Position numbers and translations under genes: made by a program. Below, piece after piece: positions 37,657 through 46,496 of a DNA stretch of 64,000 bases. This DNA is from a virus. The stretch covers positions 1 to 64,000 of IMG/VR virus record IMGVR_UViG_3300033146_003395; one strand, given 5' to 3'. Each line of letters opens with the position of its first letter. The stretch's first letter is position 1. The notes beneath the pieces are model-generated. The model was not told the origin of the DNA. It did not search any database and saw nothing but the letters and a program-made list of their open reading frames with translations.

Positions 37657-38022
37657 ATGGGTTATTTAGAAATTATTGGAATCGGATATGCAGTGAACAT
37701 ATTAGCTTATGTTTTTATTATATTAATATCGATATTAAATGTGATAGTTAATATGTTATATGGTAATGCTATAGACTTAATGGCTGAGTCTACTGTATTA
37801 AAAACATTACATGCAGAATATTACGAACTTAAGAAATTAGTCCCTAAGAATATTTCAGGAACACCAGAAGATAAAGCCTTATTCTTTCCGTTTATGTTAT
37901 TAGTGCCTACATTTAAATTATTTTTCTTTTCTATGAAATATGGAATGAATAATTATCTAGCTTTAAGGATAATAAAGAAAAATACTGAAATGAAAGAGTG
38001 GATAAAAGCAAATGAGAAATAA
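37657..38022 (+). CDS. membrane protein
   Basis: Hydrophobic segments. Confidence 0.6.
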   Translation: MGYLEIIGIGYAVNILAYVFIILISILNVIVNMLYGNAIDLMAESTVLKTLHAEYYELKKLVPKNISGTPEDKALFFPFMLLVPTFKLFFFSMKYGMNNYLALRIIKKNTEMKEWIKANEK

Positions 38023-38426
38023 TGGCTGATAGATTTGATAAATTAAGTAAACGTTATAAGATAGAAGAAGATGAAAAGTGGAGAGAACATTCACATGATA
38101 TGCCAGCTCTTAAACTAAAACCTGGATATGGAATTAGTGTAGTCCCAGCTTTTGGTGGAGCTATGTTAAGAATGAATATCGAAAAAGGTCCAATTAATTT
38201 CTCAATATATTATGATACTCAAGATGCCTTAGGTATTGTTGGCAAAGCTTATTGGGAAATATTTCCTTTTGTGAAATATGGAACTGAGCAAGATGGTACA
38301 ATTAGAGCAGAGGAGGACACAGGTAGGTATTATACAGATGAATTCAATGAAATGATTGAAGCGATGTATAAGAACACAGAGTATCAGGAAGAATTTCGCG
38401 AGAAATTCCCTGAGAATTTTATTTAA
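38022..38426 (+). CDS. hypothetical protein, PENFI tag
   Basis: Ends EKFPENFI. Confidence 0.7.
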   Translation: MADRFDKLSKRYKIEEDEKWREHSHDMPALKLKPGYGISVVPAFGGAMLRMNIEKGPINFSIYYDTQDALGIVGKAYWEIFPFVKYGTEQDGTIRAEEDTGRYYTDEFNEMIEAMYKNTEYQEEFREKFPENFI

Positions 38427-38435
38427 GGAGAAAGA

Positions 38436-38948
38436 ATGGAATTATTTACAGGAGTAGGTATTTTACTTGCAACAGTTTTAGGGTTAGCTTGGTATTGGTC
38501 AATTGGGATTGTGGTACTTATTTTAATAAGTATAGCATTTAGTAATGATGCAGATATTGGTAATGAAACTTGGTTATTTGTTGGAATCTTAGGATTAATT
38601 ACATGGGCACTTTGGGGTCAGATTACAATTGGAGCATCAATTTTATTTACGATTTATTACTTAGCAATTGGTTCAGTTTGGAGTGTATTAAATTATGCAA
38701 GAACTATCAAGGGTAAAATTACTCAAGCTAAGATTGACGGTTACACGACTACAGATTTACCTCTAAGTCACTTTCAAAAGATGATTAAGAAAAATAGAAT
38801 CGCTCGTTGGATTGCTTACTGGCCTTTCAGTATTGTGAACTATATAATTGGAGATTTCCTTGGAAATGTTTTCAATAAAATTATTGGTATGCTTGGTAAC
38901 ACTTACTCAAGAATTACTAAACATTATTACGACAAGCTATTTGCGTAA
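38436..38948 (+). CDS. multi-pass membrane protein
   Basis: Several TM helices, WIAYWPFS. Confidence 0.7.
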   Translation: MELFTGVGILLATVLGLAWYWSIGIVVLILISIAFSNDADIGNETWLFVGILGLITWALWGQITIGASILFTIYYLAIGSVWSVLNYARTIKGKITQAKIDGYTTTDLPLSHFQKMIKKNRIARWIAYWPFSIVNYIIGDFLGNVFNKIIGMLGNTYSRITKHYYDKLFA

Positions 38949-39508
38949 TGTCTAAAGTTGGAATTTTAGATTCAGGGGATTTTAACCCCTGTACACTGAG
39001 CAAATTAGAGTTACCAAAACGGGAACAAATCTCAGAAGAGGGCGAAAAAAAATTTAGATATGATGATAAAAAACTTTCAGTTGTTATTTACGATTACGAT
39101 GAGATGGAAATTCTTTCTGATTATATCGGGATGGATATTAAAACTTACCTAGAATATTCTTCTTGGAATACGGGGAGAATTAAAAAAGATATTAAAGGTA
39201 ATTATATATATGTTAATAAAGATAATATAGTTAAATATATTAATAAATTAGAACTTAATATATATTTAGAAGATGGTTGGATAAAAGGTAATCTATGTAA
39301 ATCGACAAAAGGCAAAGTAAGGGTTTATAAAAATAATAGGAATACAACAATAGATGAAAATTTATTAGATGAATATATTACAAATGGTTGGAAAAAAGGT
39401 GCATATAAAGTACGATGTGATGATTGTAATAAAGAATTAAGTTCTTTAGGCAAACAAAACCATAAATGTTTAGGAAAAGAGCATAAATATATTTTTAATT
39501 TAAGCTAG
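38948..39508 (+). CDS. protein with endonuclease-type DNA-binding repeats (Y(L/I)xxGWxKG), no nuclease domain seen
   Basis: YLEDGWIKG / YITNGWKKG repeats like those in 58755-59570. C-terminal CDDC..H.C. Confidence 0.5.
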   Translation: MSKVGILDSGDFNPCTLSKLELPKREQISEEGEKKFRYDDKKLSVVIYDYDEMEILSDYIGMDIKTYLEYSSWNTGRIKKDIKGNYIYVNKDNIVKYINKLELNIYLEDGWIKGNLCKSTKGKVRVYKNNRNTTIDENLLDEYITNGWKKGAYKVRCDDCNKELSSLGKQNHKCLGKEHKYIFNLS

Positions 39509-39548
39509 AATTAATGTAAATTATGGTATAATATAGTATATAAAGGAT
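39498..39548 (+). promoter_or_regulatory. early promoter repeat
   Basis: TTTAAGCTAGAATTAATGTAAATTATGGTATAATATAGTATATAAAGGAT. Confidence 0.8.
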
Positions 39549-39554
39549 TAATAA

Positions 39555-40934
39555 ATGATAAAAAAGATACTAGATGAATTTAATAAAACAAATTCGACGA
39601 ATGATAAAAAAATTGTATTAGAAAAACATAAAGATAACTTACAATTAATTGAAGTGTTTCAAAAAGCATTAGATAAAGTTAAATGGACTTATGGGATAAC
39701 TTTAAAAAATATTCCAGAGTATAAATGTTCTAACAAACAGGATTTGCAATGGGCTCTGACTTCTTTAGAACTATTAGCTGATAGAACATATAGTGGACAT
39801 GCTGCCCTTGATTATATACATAATATTTTAAGTTCTATATCTGAAGATAACGCCTACATTATCGAAAGAATTTTGGATAGAGATCTAAAAATTAGATTTG
39901 GTAAAACTGAATTTAATAAGATAGTCGATAAAGGATTACAATGTACTCGTCCTCCATACACTAGATGTGAAATTGGTACTAAAGCAAATATTCTTAAAAA
40001 TATGCCAGTTGATAAAGATGGTAACTTCAAAAATAAAGTATACAGTGAAGTTAAAATGGATGGTACATTCCGTAGAGCAGTTGTTGATGGTACAGATGTT
40101 GAAATTACTTCAAGACCAGGTATTGCTGGTTCATTTCCATTAATCGAAGCACAATTAAAAACTATACCTTTTGAGGGTTATGTTTATATTGGTGAAATGA
40201 CTTTAAGAGGCGAACAAGACCGTTCAAAAGGTAATGGTCTTATTAATTCTGATGATATTCCACATGACGATGTTTTATTTACTGTTTGGGATATGATACC
40301 TATTCAAGAATATGCTATGACTAAAGATGAAATTAAGAAAGCAGAAAAAGCTGGAACATTAAGTCATTATGAAGATAGATTTAATTTATTAGAACATGCT
40401 ATCAAAAATATCCCTGGTGGATTAGCAAATGTTGAACTTATTGAATACAGAATTGTTAAAAACATGACTGAAGCTTATGAGCATTTCCAAGAAGTTACTC
40501 TAAGAGGTGACGAAGGTACAGTTATTAAAGCTCACGATATGACTCACAAAGATGGTAACAGTAAAAAACAATTAAAAGTTAAACTTGTTATTGAATTAGA
40601 TATGAGAATTACCGGATTTAATGCTGGTAATAAAGGTTCTAAAAATGAAGCATATTTCTCAGGAATTAATTTTGAGAATGATGAAGGTACTATCAAAGGT
40701 TCAGTTGGTGTTACATCATTAACAGAAAAAGATAGAGACTACTTTCATGAAAATAGAGAATTTGTTATTGGACAAGTTATGTCAATGGTTTGTAACGATA
40801 TTACACAAGCATCTGGAAATGATTTTAAAGCGTTATCACATCCAAGATATGATAAACTTAGAGGTAAAGAAAAAGAAACTGATACTCTTGAAAGAGCATT
40901 AGAACAAAAACAAATGGCAATGGAGTTAAAATAA
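39555..40934 (+). CDS. ATP-dependent DNA ligase gp30
   Basis: EVKMDG (KxDG), SRPG, IGEM, VWDMI, EGTVIK, KVK, SHPRY..R. Confidence 0.92.
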   Translation: MIKKILDEFNKTNSTNDKKIVLEKHKDNLQLIEVFQKALDKVKWTYGITLKNIPEYKCSNKQDLQWALTSLELLADRTYSGHAALDYIHNILSSISEDNAYIIERILDRDLKIRFGKTEFNKIVDKGLQCTRPPYTRCEIGTKANILKNMPVDKDGNFKNKVYSEVKMDGTFRRAVVDGTDVEITSRPGIAGSFPLIEAQLKTIPFEGYVYIGEMTLRGEQDRSKGNGLINSDDIPHDDVLFTVWDMIPIQEYAMTKDEIKKAEKAGTLSHYEDRFNLLEHAIKNIPGGLANVELIEYRIVKNMTEAYEHFQEVTLRGDEGTVIKAHDMTHKDGNSKKQLKVKLVIELDMRITGFNAGNKGSKNEAYFSGINFENDEGTIKGSVGVTSLTEKDRDYFHENREFVIGQVMSMVCNDITQASGNDFKALSHPRYDKLRGKEKETDTLERALEQKQMAMELK

Positions 40935-41134
40935 TGGCTAAGTGGTTAAAATATAAAAACTTTAATCAATATAATGAAAGAATATCTGAAACAATGTTAC
41001 ATAAAGCAATGAATGATAAACTTTATAAAAATATTGTTAAAGAAAATATTTTAAGAAATGTTAGAGAAGACTACAATAAAGATAGTGAACTTACTGAATA
41101 TATGTTAGATCACTATGCTATGTATTTTATATAA
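40934..41134 (+). CDS. small protein, divergent tag (YAMYFI)
   Basis: TAATG-coupled to ligase. Confidence 0.6.
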   Translation: MAKWLKYKNFNQYNERISETMLHKAMNDKLYKNIVKENILRNVREDYNKDSELTEYMLDHYAMYFI

Positions 41135-41143
41135 GGATAAATA

Positions 41144-41395
41144 ATGGCTAAAGATTTTGACCATCTAGCGAAAGCTAGAGCCCGTGAAGAAAAAGAACAC
41201 AATTATTATACTAGATGGAGTTATGATGATGCCTGGGGTTATTTATCAGCACAAATAAAGGGTAAAACTAAGTGGGAAAGGCAAGCTTCAAAGTTAAAAC
41301 AAGAAATTGATAATACTACTTATCCTAAGAGACTTAAAAAGCTCCAGAAAAAACTCCAGATTATTGTTGATGAATATCCTGAATATTTTGTATAA
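41144..41395 (+). CDS. small protein, PEYFV tag
   Basis: Ends DEYPEYFV. Confidence 0.7.
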   Translation: MAKDFDHLAKARAREEKEHNYYTRWSYDDAWGYLSAQIKGKTKWERQASKLKQEIDNTTYPKRLKKLQKKLQIIVDEYPEYFV

Positions 41396-41405
41396 TTTAA
41401 TCCAA

Positions 41406-41456
41406 ATTTAACCTAGAACTAATATAAGTTATGGTATAATATAGTATATAAAGGAT
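41406..41456 (+). promoter_or_regulatory. early promoter repeat
   Basis: TTTAACCTAGAACTAATATAAGTTATGGTATAATATAGTATATAAAGGAT. Confidence 0.8.
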
Positions 41457-41460
41457 AATA

Positions 41461-41781
41461 ATGATGATACAATATTATGAAACTAAATTAGAGAATTTTG
41501 ATTACGAAATTTCTAATCCCAAAAAAATACAAAAACCTAAAAGTATTAGATGCAGATTTAAAGTTGGTGATACTATTATTAATATTAACAGATTGCAAGT
41601 CGAAAAGAAACCGCAAAATTGGGAAGTCATAAAAATTAATAAGAATTCTATGACTGTTGCAGGATTAGTTGAAAGTCGTTGGTACAAAACACAACGTCAA
41701 ACAGATATTAACCAAGATGGTTATAAATTTTATAAAACATTAGATGAATATAATGAAATGTTTCCAGAATATTTTGTATAG
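41461..41781 (+). CDS. small protein, PEYFV tag
   Basis: Ends EMFPEYFV. Confidence 0.7.
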   Translation: MMIQYYETKLENFDYEISNPKKIQKPKSIRCRFKVGDTIININRLQVEKKPQNWEVIKINKNSMTVAGLVESRWYKTQRQTDINQDGYKFYKTLDEYNEMFPEYFV

Positions 41782-41788
41782 GAAAAAG

Positions 41789-42046
41789 ATGAAAAAGAAA
41801 AGAAATCCAGAATTTTTAGTCTATCGTTTTGGTGATGCACCTGAAGGGTCTATTCAAATCGTTATGAAATATACTGGAATATCAAATAATGAAGATTTTG
41901 ATTATGTCGATACAGTTTATGGTAATTATGGTAATTATAGTAATTATGGTAGCACCTATAGTTTTTGTGAAGATTATGTTTTACAAAAAACTGGTTGCAA
42001 TACTATAGAAGCATTCCATGAAAAATATCCAGAGTATTCAATATGA
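41789..42046 (+). CDS. small protein, PEYSI tag
   Basis: Start moved to ATG 41789 after AGGA. Ends EKYPEYSI. Confidence 0.7.
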   Translation: MKKKRNPEFLVYRFGDAPEGSIQIVMKYTGISNNEDFDYVDTVYGNYGNYSNYGSTYSFCEDYVLQKTGCNTIEAFHEKYPEYSI

Positions 42047-42471
42047 TGGGTTCAAAAGGAGAAACTTTGTTAAAAGTAGAAACAACATCAACAGAAAAAA
42101 ACTTAGCTATATTATTCTTAGAACGTCCACCAGAGGGATATTCATTTAATTCCTTAGATGAAGCTTTTGCATATGCTGAGCAGTATATGAGAGAATCTAA
42201 AGAGACAAAAGAATATTATGTTTGTACAATGTTTCCGTATGATTTACGTGATATTGTAAAAGCGAGAGTTAAAACACCCGCTAAATATTTTACTAGTTAT
42301 AAACAAGCTAGAATTTTTCAACTACAGTTAGCTTTTAAAAATGATATTGAGCAAAAGAAACAAGATGATGAAGGTTATTTTACAGTAGATGGAAAATATA
42401 AATTATTATCTGAAGGTGATATGGGCGAGTATTATGAGTACCATAAAACTGAACCAGAGTATTTCGTATGA
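42043..42471 (+). CDS. protein with PEYFV tag
   Basis: Ends KTEPEYFV. Confidence 0.7.
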   Translation: MMGSKGETLLKVETTSTEKNLAILFLERPPEGYSFNSLDEAFAYAEQYMRESKETKEYYVCTMFPYDLRDIVKARVKTPAKYFTSYKQARIFQLQLAFKNDIEQKKQDDEGYFTVDGKYKLLSEGDMGEYYEYHKTEPEYFV

Positions 42472-42674
42472 AAAAATTATCAGATTTAATAATAGGTGAT
42501 TTAGTTGAATTTAAACTTGAAGCATTTAATCAAAGAGTTTATAAAGTAACAGATTTTAGAGATAACTGGAATATTATTAAATTACTAGATTTAACATACG
42601 GTGGAGAAACTTGGTGGCAAAAAGATAAGCTTAAAGAAATAACACCTGAAGAATGGCCGGAGTATTTCGTATGA
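42468..42674 (+). CDS. small SH3/KOW-like protein, PEYFV tag
   Basis: LIIGDLVEF. Ends EEWPEYFV. Confidence 0.7.
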   Translation: MKKLSDLIIGDLVEFKLEAFNQRVYKVTDFRDNWNIIKLLDLTYGGETWWQKDKLKEITPEEWPEYFV

Positions 42675-42901
42675 AAAAATTAGAAGATTTTCCAATAGGA
42701 ACTGAAATAGTTTATATACCAAATCTGATTAAACATAAAGCAATCCATAAGAGTTGGATTGTACAGAATATTTCAGTAAATAACAATTTAGTTTGTGGAG
42801 TAAAAGATTCAGAAGGTTGGACTGGTATTCAAGAAAAAGATTTAGATAATTATATGGTTATTGATGATGTAAAAATAAATTACCCGGAGTATTTCGTATG
42901 A
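42671..42901 (+). CDS. small protein, PEYFV tag
   Basis: Start moved to coupled ATG 42671. Ends INYPEYFV. Confidence 0.7.
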   Translation: MKKLEDFPIGTEIVYIPNLIKHKAIHKSWIVQNISVNNNLVCGVKDSEGWTGIQEKDLDNYMVIDDVKINYPEYFV

Positions 42902-43137
42902 TAGAACAAGAATTAGAGATGTCATTTGATGCTGATATGCACATGAAAGTATTAAATGATGCTAAAGATGCTTTACTCGAAAATGCTAATATTCATGATG
43001 TTAAAAGCTTAATTCAAATCCGCCAATATTGTAATAATCCTGGAGAATTCCAGATAGTAGACTGTTACGATAAAGTCGCAATTGACTTAGACTTATATAA
43101 TAAATTAAATAAAGATTTCCCGGAGTATTTCGTATGA
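42898..43137 (+). CDS. small protein, PEYFV tag
   Basis: Ends KDFPEYFV. Confidence 0.7.
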   Translation: MIEQELEMSFDADMHMKVLNDAKDALLENANIHDVKSLIQIRQYCNNPGEFQIVDCYDKVAIDLDLYNKLNKDFPEYFV

Positions 43138-43352
43138 AAAATAAAGAATTAAAAGATAATTATGAAGAGCTTACAGAAGAGCTAAGATATTATAAAAACA
43201 GAGTTAATGAGCATAGTCAAATCAGACCGTCTGAACCAGGTAAAAGACTTGACCAATGGAGATTAGGTTGGAATATATTTCATAATAATGTTGCTAGACT
43301 TGAAAAAATAGTGCAAACATTCAAAGATGAACACCCGGAGTTTTTTGTATGA
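43134..43352 (+). CDS. small coiled-coil protein, PEFFV tag
   Basis: Ends DEHPEFFV. Confidence 0.7.
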   Translation: MKNKELKDNYEELTEELRYYKNRVNEHSQIRPSEPGKRLDQWRLGWNIFHNNVARLEKIVQTFKDEHPEFFV

Positions 43353-43603
43353 GACCAGAAATAAATAGTTTCAGTGTCGATGAAAAACAGTTTTGGTATG
43401 TTACAACTAACCTAGATGATAAAAACGTTAATATGTCTAACCTAGATTATCTTTGTAATGATTTTGTGATAAGAGGTTGGAAAGATACTGTTACTAATTA
43501 TGGAGCTGATGAAGCTAACAATATGATTATTCACGAAGATTTATCAGCAATTAATAATTTTTTAGAACAATTTAGAGAAGATTGTCCTGAGTATTTTGTA
43601 TAA
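43349..43603 (+). CDS. small protein, PEYFV tag
   Basis: Ends EDCPEYFV. Confidence 0.7.
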   Translation: MRPEINSFSVDEKQFWYVTTNLDDKNVNMSNLDYLCNDFVIRGWKDTVTNYGADEANNMIIHEDLSAINNFLEQFREDCPEYFV

Positions 43604-43611
43604 GAGATATT

Positions 43612-43905
43612 ATGGGAAATGAAATTTTAGAAATGACATTTGGAGATATAATAAATGACCCCGTAAAAGTGCCTGAGTATGATTATAAGATTTACTTATA
43701 CTATAACGAAACATTAGCGAAACTTAAATCATTAGATTCAATAACAATATTAGTTAGACTTGAAAATGAAGAATCTGCTAATCACTCTGGTGTAGCACTT
43801 GGCATTATTTTAGATACCGAAAAAAGAAAAGCAATAAACCCAAAGTACCTAAAATTTCTTTGTTTAAATTCTGAACGTGATGAGTTCCCGGAGTATTTCG
43901 TATGA
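43612..43905 (+). CDS. small protein, PEYFV tag
   Basis: Ends DEFPEYFV. Confidence 0.7.
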   Translation: MGNEILEMTFGDIINDPVKVPEYDYKIYLYYNETLAKLKSLDSITILVRLENEESANHSGVALGIILDTEKRKAINPKYLKFLCLNSERDEFPEYFV

Positions 43906-44228
43906 TTAAAAATGAACATGGATTTGGTAACACACATCTGAAACTTAATAATAAAAGAGATAAAGTAAAACTGCACCCTCATGAATATTTCAAAAAGAAC
44001 TATGATTTCGATGGAGTAACTTATAATTTCTTTCCAGAGCCTTTTACAAATGCTTTAGAAGGTGTTACTCCAGCAATGACTGGTGAAATATATGAAGTAG
44101 TTGAAGAAGGCTCAAACGGTACTATAATAATAATTAAAACTGAACTTGGAAATATTACAAAACCTGTAGGCAAATGGGCTATTGAAGAATTATATACTTT
44201 AGAAGATAATCCTGAATATTATGTCTAA
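43902..44228 (+). CDS. small protein, PEYYV tag
   Basis: Ends EDNPEYYV. Confidence 0.7.
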   Translation: MIKNEHGFGNTHLKLNNKRDKVKLHPHEYFKKNYDFDGVTYNFFPEPFTNALEGVTPAMTGEIYEVVEEGSNGTIIIIKTELGNITKPVGKWAIEELYTLEDNPEYYV

Positions 44229-44238
44229 TTCTTTTGGA

Positions 44239-44295
44239 ATTTAAGCTCCGTTTAATGTTAAACATGGTATAATATAGTATATAAGAAAAGAAGGA
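44239..44295 (+). promoter_or_regulatory. early promoter repeat
   Basis: TTTAAGCTCCGTTTAATGTTAAACATGGTATAATATAGTATATAAG. Confidence 0.8.
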
Positions 44296-44301
44296 TATTA
44301 A

Positions 44302-44562
44302 ATGACAATTAAAGAAATAACTAAAATTGAGATAACAGAATTAAATATAGCAATCATTGATAATTGTAATAGTAGTGAAGATACTGCTAAAACTATTGAA
44401 GCAGTTGCAGAAGTAATTATTAAAAATTCTAAACTTATGTTAGAAAGAGAAACTCAATTACAAATGAGAATTGAAGCACTTGAAGAAAAACTTCGTAAAA
44501 ATCGAGAAGAAGAAGTTTATACACAAGCTGAAATTGATTCATATAATGGGATGGGTAAATAG
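44302..44562 (+). CDS. hypothetical coiled-coil early protein
   Basis: AAGGA RBS. Confidence 0.65.
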   Translation: MTIKEITKIEITELNIAIIDNCNSSEDTAKTIEAVAEVIIKNSKLMLERETQLQMRIEALEEKLRKNREEEVYTQAEIDSYNGMGK

Positions 44563-44988
44563 ATGGAAAGATTATTTGCGGATAACACACCTACTTTGTT
44601 AGGATTTGAAATTACTTTAGAAATAGCAAGAGAATATGATTGGTCAATGGAGCGTACGATGGCCGAACTAAGACTTACTTTGTATAACAGTTTAGATTTA
44701 GCTTCTGAAGATAAAACAATGGCTTTAGATGAACTTCAAGAGATTAAAGATACTGAAGAAAATGAATCAGTATTAGCAACTATTCACGAATTAAGCAAAA
44801 AAGAAGCTAAAATTTCTTTAGAAATGTCAGATACTTGGTATGAAATTGATACATTAAAAAGAGAATATCCGGAAATATATCAAGCACTTGAAGATGATAT
44901 TCCAGAAGGAATTAGAGGTAATGATTTTTATAAAGAAATGCACGTTCGCTTAAAAAGAGAGTTCAGAGAAATTTGGAAGGAACTATAA
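44563..44988 (+). CDS. hypothetical acidic protein
   Basis: Operonic. Internal KREYPEIY. Confidence 0.65.
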   Translation: MERLFADNTPTLLGFEITLEIAREYDWSMERTMAELRLTLYNSLDLASEDKTMALDELQEIKDTEENESVLATIHELSKKEAKISLEMSDTWYEIDTLKREYPEIYQALEDDIPEGIRGNDFYKEMHVRLKREFREIWKEL

Positions 44989-45335
44989 TGTTAGAATTTA
45001 ATGCTGAACAAAATAAATTTGTAGCAACTCAACTAATGAATAAATACCCAGAGATTTATGAAGAATTAACTGAAGATTTTGATAGACTTCCTGCTGGAGA
45101 TTTGCAAGCGATATTAGCTGTTATTAAAGAAATTAAATTGGGGAAGAAAATCCAGGCTATTAAAGAAGTTATAAGTATCTTAGGGCTAGGCTTAAAAGAA
45201 GCTAAAGACTATGTGGAAGCACTAGAAGGTCCAATGCAAGAAACTTCAGATGGTACAAGAATTCGTACAATTAAACCTGAGATATTAACTCGATTAGCAT
45301 ATTATCAGGAGAAATACCCAGAGTATTTCGTATAG
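44988..45335 (+). CDS. protein with ribosomal bL12 (L7/L12) C-terminal-like domain, PEYFV tag
   Basis: KKIQAIKEVISILGLGLKEAKDYVE. Ends EKYPEYFV. Confidence 0.7.
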   Translation: MLEFNAEQNKFVATQLMNKYPEIYEELTEDFDRLPAGDLQAILAVIKEIKLGKKIQAIKEVISILGLGLKEAKDYVEALEGPMQETSDGTRIRTIKPEILTRLAYYQEKYPEYFV

Positions 45336-45343
45336 GAGATAAT

Positions 45344-45676
45344 ATGAAAAATAAATTAAGTGATTTAGAAGTAGATGATGTATTTCTTGTAAATTACAAA
45401 TATGAAGACCAAGATTTTGATATTATTTGTGCAGTTATGGAAACAGATAATATAGAAGTTGATGGAATGCCAGGTATTAAAATTTCAGATTTGAAAACAT
45501 TCAATGGTGAAGATTTAGATTATGAATATAATATTTCTTTAGAAGGATATGATAGTGGTTTTATGGGAGATAAGAAGCCAGAAATTACAAATCAATTTAC
45601 ATTCAAAGAGTTCTTATTCAGTCACCAAAGTGTTTTAGGGAGATTAGAAGAAGAAAGACCAGAATATTTTGTTTAA
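45344..45676 (+). CDS. acidic protein, PEYFV tag
   Basis: Ends EERPEYFV. Confidence 0.7.
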   Translation: MKNKLSDLEVDDVFLVNYKYEDQDFDIICAVMETDNIEVDGMPGIKISDLKTFNGEDLDYEYNISLEGYDSGFMGDKKPEITNQFTFKEFLFSHQSVLGRLEEERPEYFV

Positions 45677-45684
45677 GGAGAATA

Positions 45685-45879
45685 ATGAAAACAATACTTT
45701 TAAGTATTCCTGAACATGTAAAAAGAGTAAATTCTTTTTACCTAAGAAAAAATCATTATTTAATAAATGATGAAAAAATACCTCACAATTATGAAATAGA
45801 TGATTATGAAATGTATGATTTTCATGTAATTATAAAAGCGGTGTTAGTTACTTTGTATAAAGAAGAAAATATATTATAG
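45685..45879 (+). CDS. hypothetical protein
   Basis: GGAG RBS. Confidence 0.55.
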   Translation: MKTILLSIPEHVKRVNSFYLRKNHYLINDEKIPHNYEIDDYEMYDFHVIIKAVLVTLYKEENIL

Positions 45880-45887
45880 GAGATTTA

Positions 45888-46184
45888 ATGTCACTTTGTA
45901 TGATAGAGCCTGAATAGTTCGGAGAGAAATTTGAAGACGTAGGAAATACAGAAATTATTTCAATGAATTATGATAAGAGTTTTTTCAAAAATTGGAATGG
46001 GCATTATTTAGTTGGTATCGATTATTTGGATAATACTGATTGTACTTATTATGTATTTTCACCTAAGAGAGCAATCTCAAATTCACGATTAACTATTAAA
46101 GTTAAGCATGATACAAAATATGAATTTACACCTGAAATCGCCGAGAGAATAATCCCAGAATTATTCCCAGAGCATTTAATTTAA
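45888..46184 (+). pseudogene. PEHLI-tagged protein interrupted by in-frame TAG at 45915
   Basis: GGAG plus ATG 45888 is in frame with track ORF 45963. Reads MSLCMIEPE*FGEKF... Confidence 0.5.
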
Positions 46185-46199
46185 TCTTAAGGAGATGAA

Positions 46200-46496
46200 A
46201 TGAAAAACGAAATAGTAGAAAACGGAGTTGAAGTAGAAGTATTAGAGACTGATGAAGACTTTAATAACTTTCAAAAACTAGCCGAAGGTATCAATGATGG
46301 ATTAGCACAAGTTGCTATGGAAAACCAAATGACTCAAGACAATAAAGAACAACCTATTTTTTATGGTGAGTATGATGGTGAAACTATCGGTGAAATGATG
46401 GGTGAATTTTATGAAGCAACTCAATTTTTACCTGAAAATAAAGATGGATTTGTTGATGGAACATTCGTAGTTAATGTAACATTTATTAAAAGCTAA
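46200..46496 (+). CDS. acidic hypothetical protein
   Basis: GGAG RBS. Confidence 0.65.
   Translation: MKNEIVENGVEVEVLETDEDFNNFQKLAEGINDGLAQVAMENQMTQDNKEQPIFYGEYDGETIGEMMGEFYEATQFLPENKDGFVDGTFVVNVTFIKS

Noticed and set aside
41461-44228. Regularly recurring 18-bp repeat as a CRISPR array
   Set aside because: Spacing is 200-430 bp, the intervals are full ORFs, and no cas operon is present.
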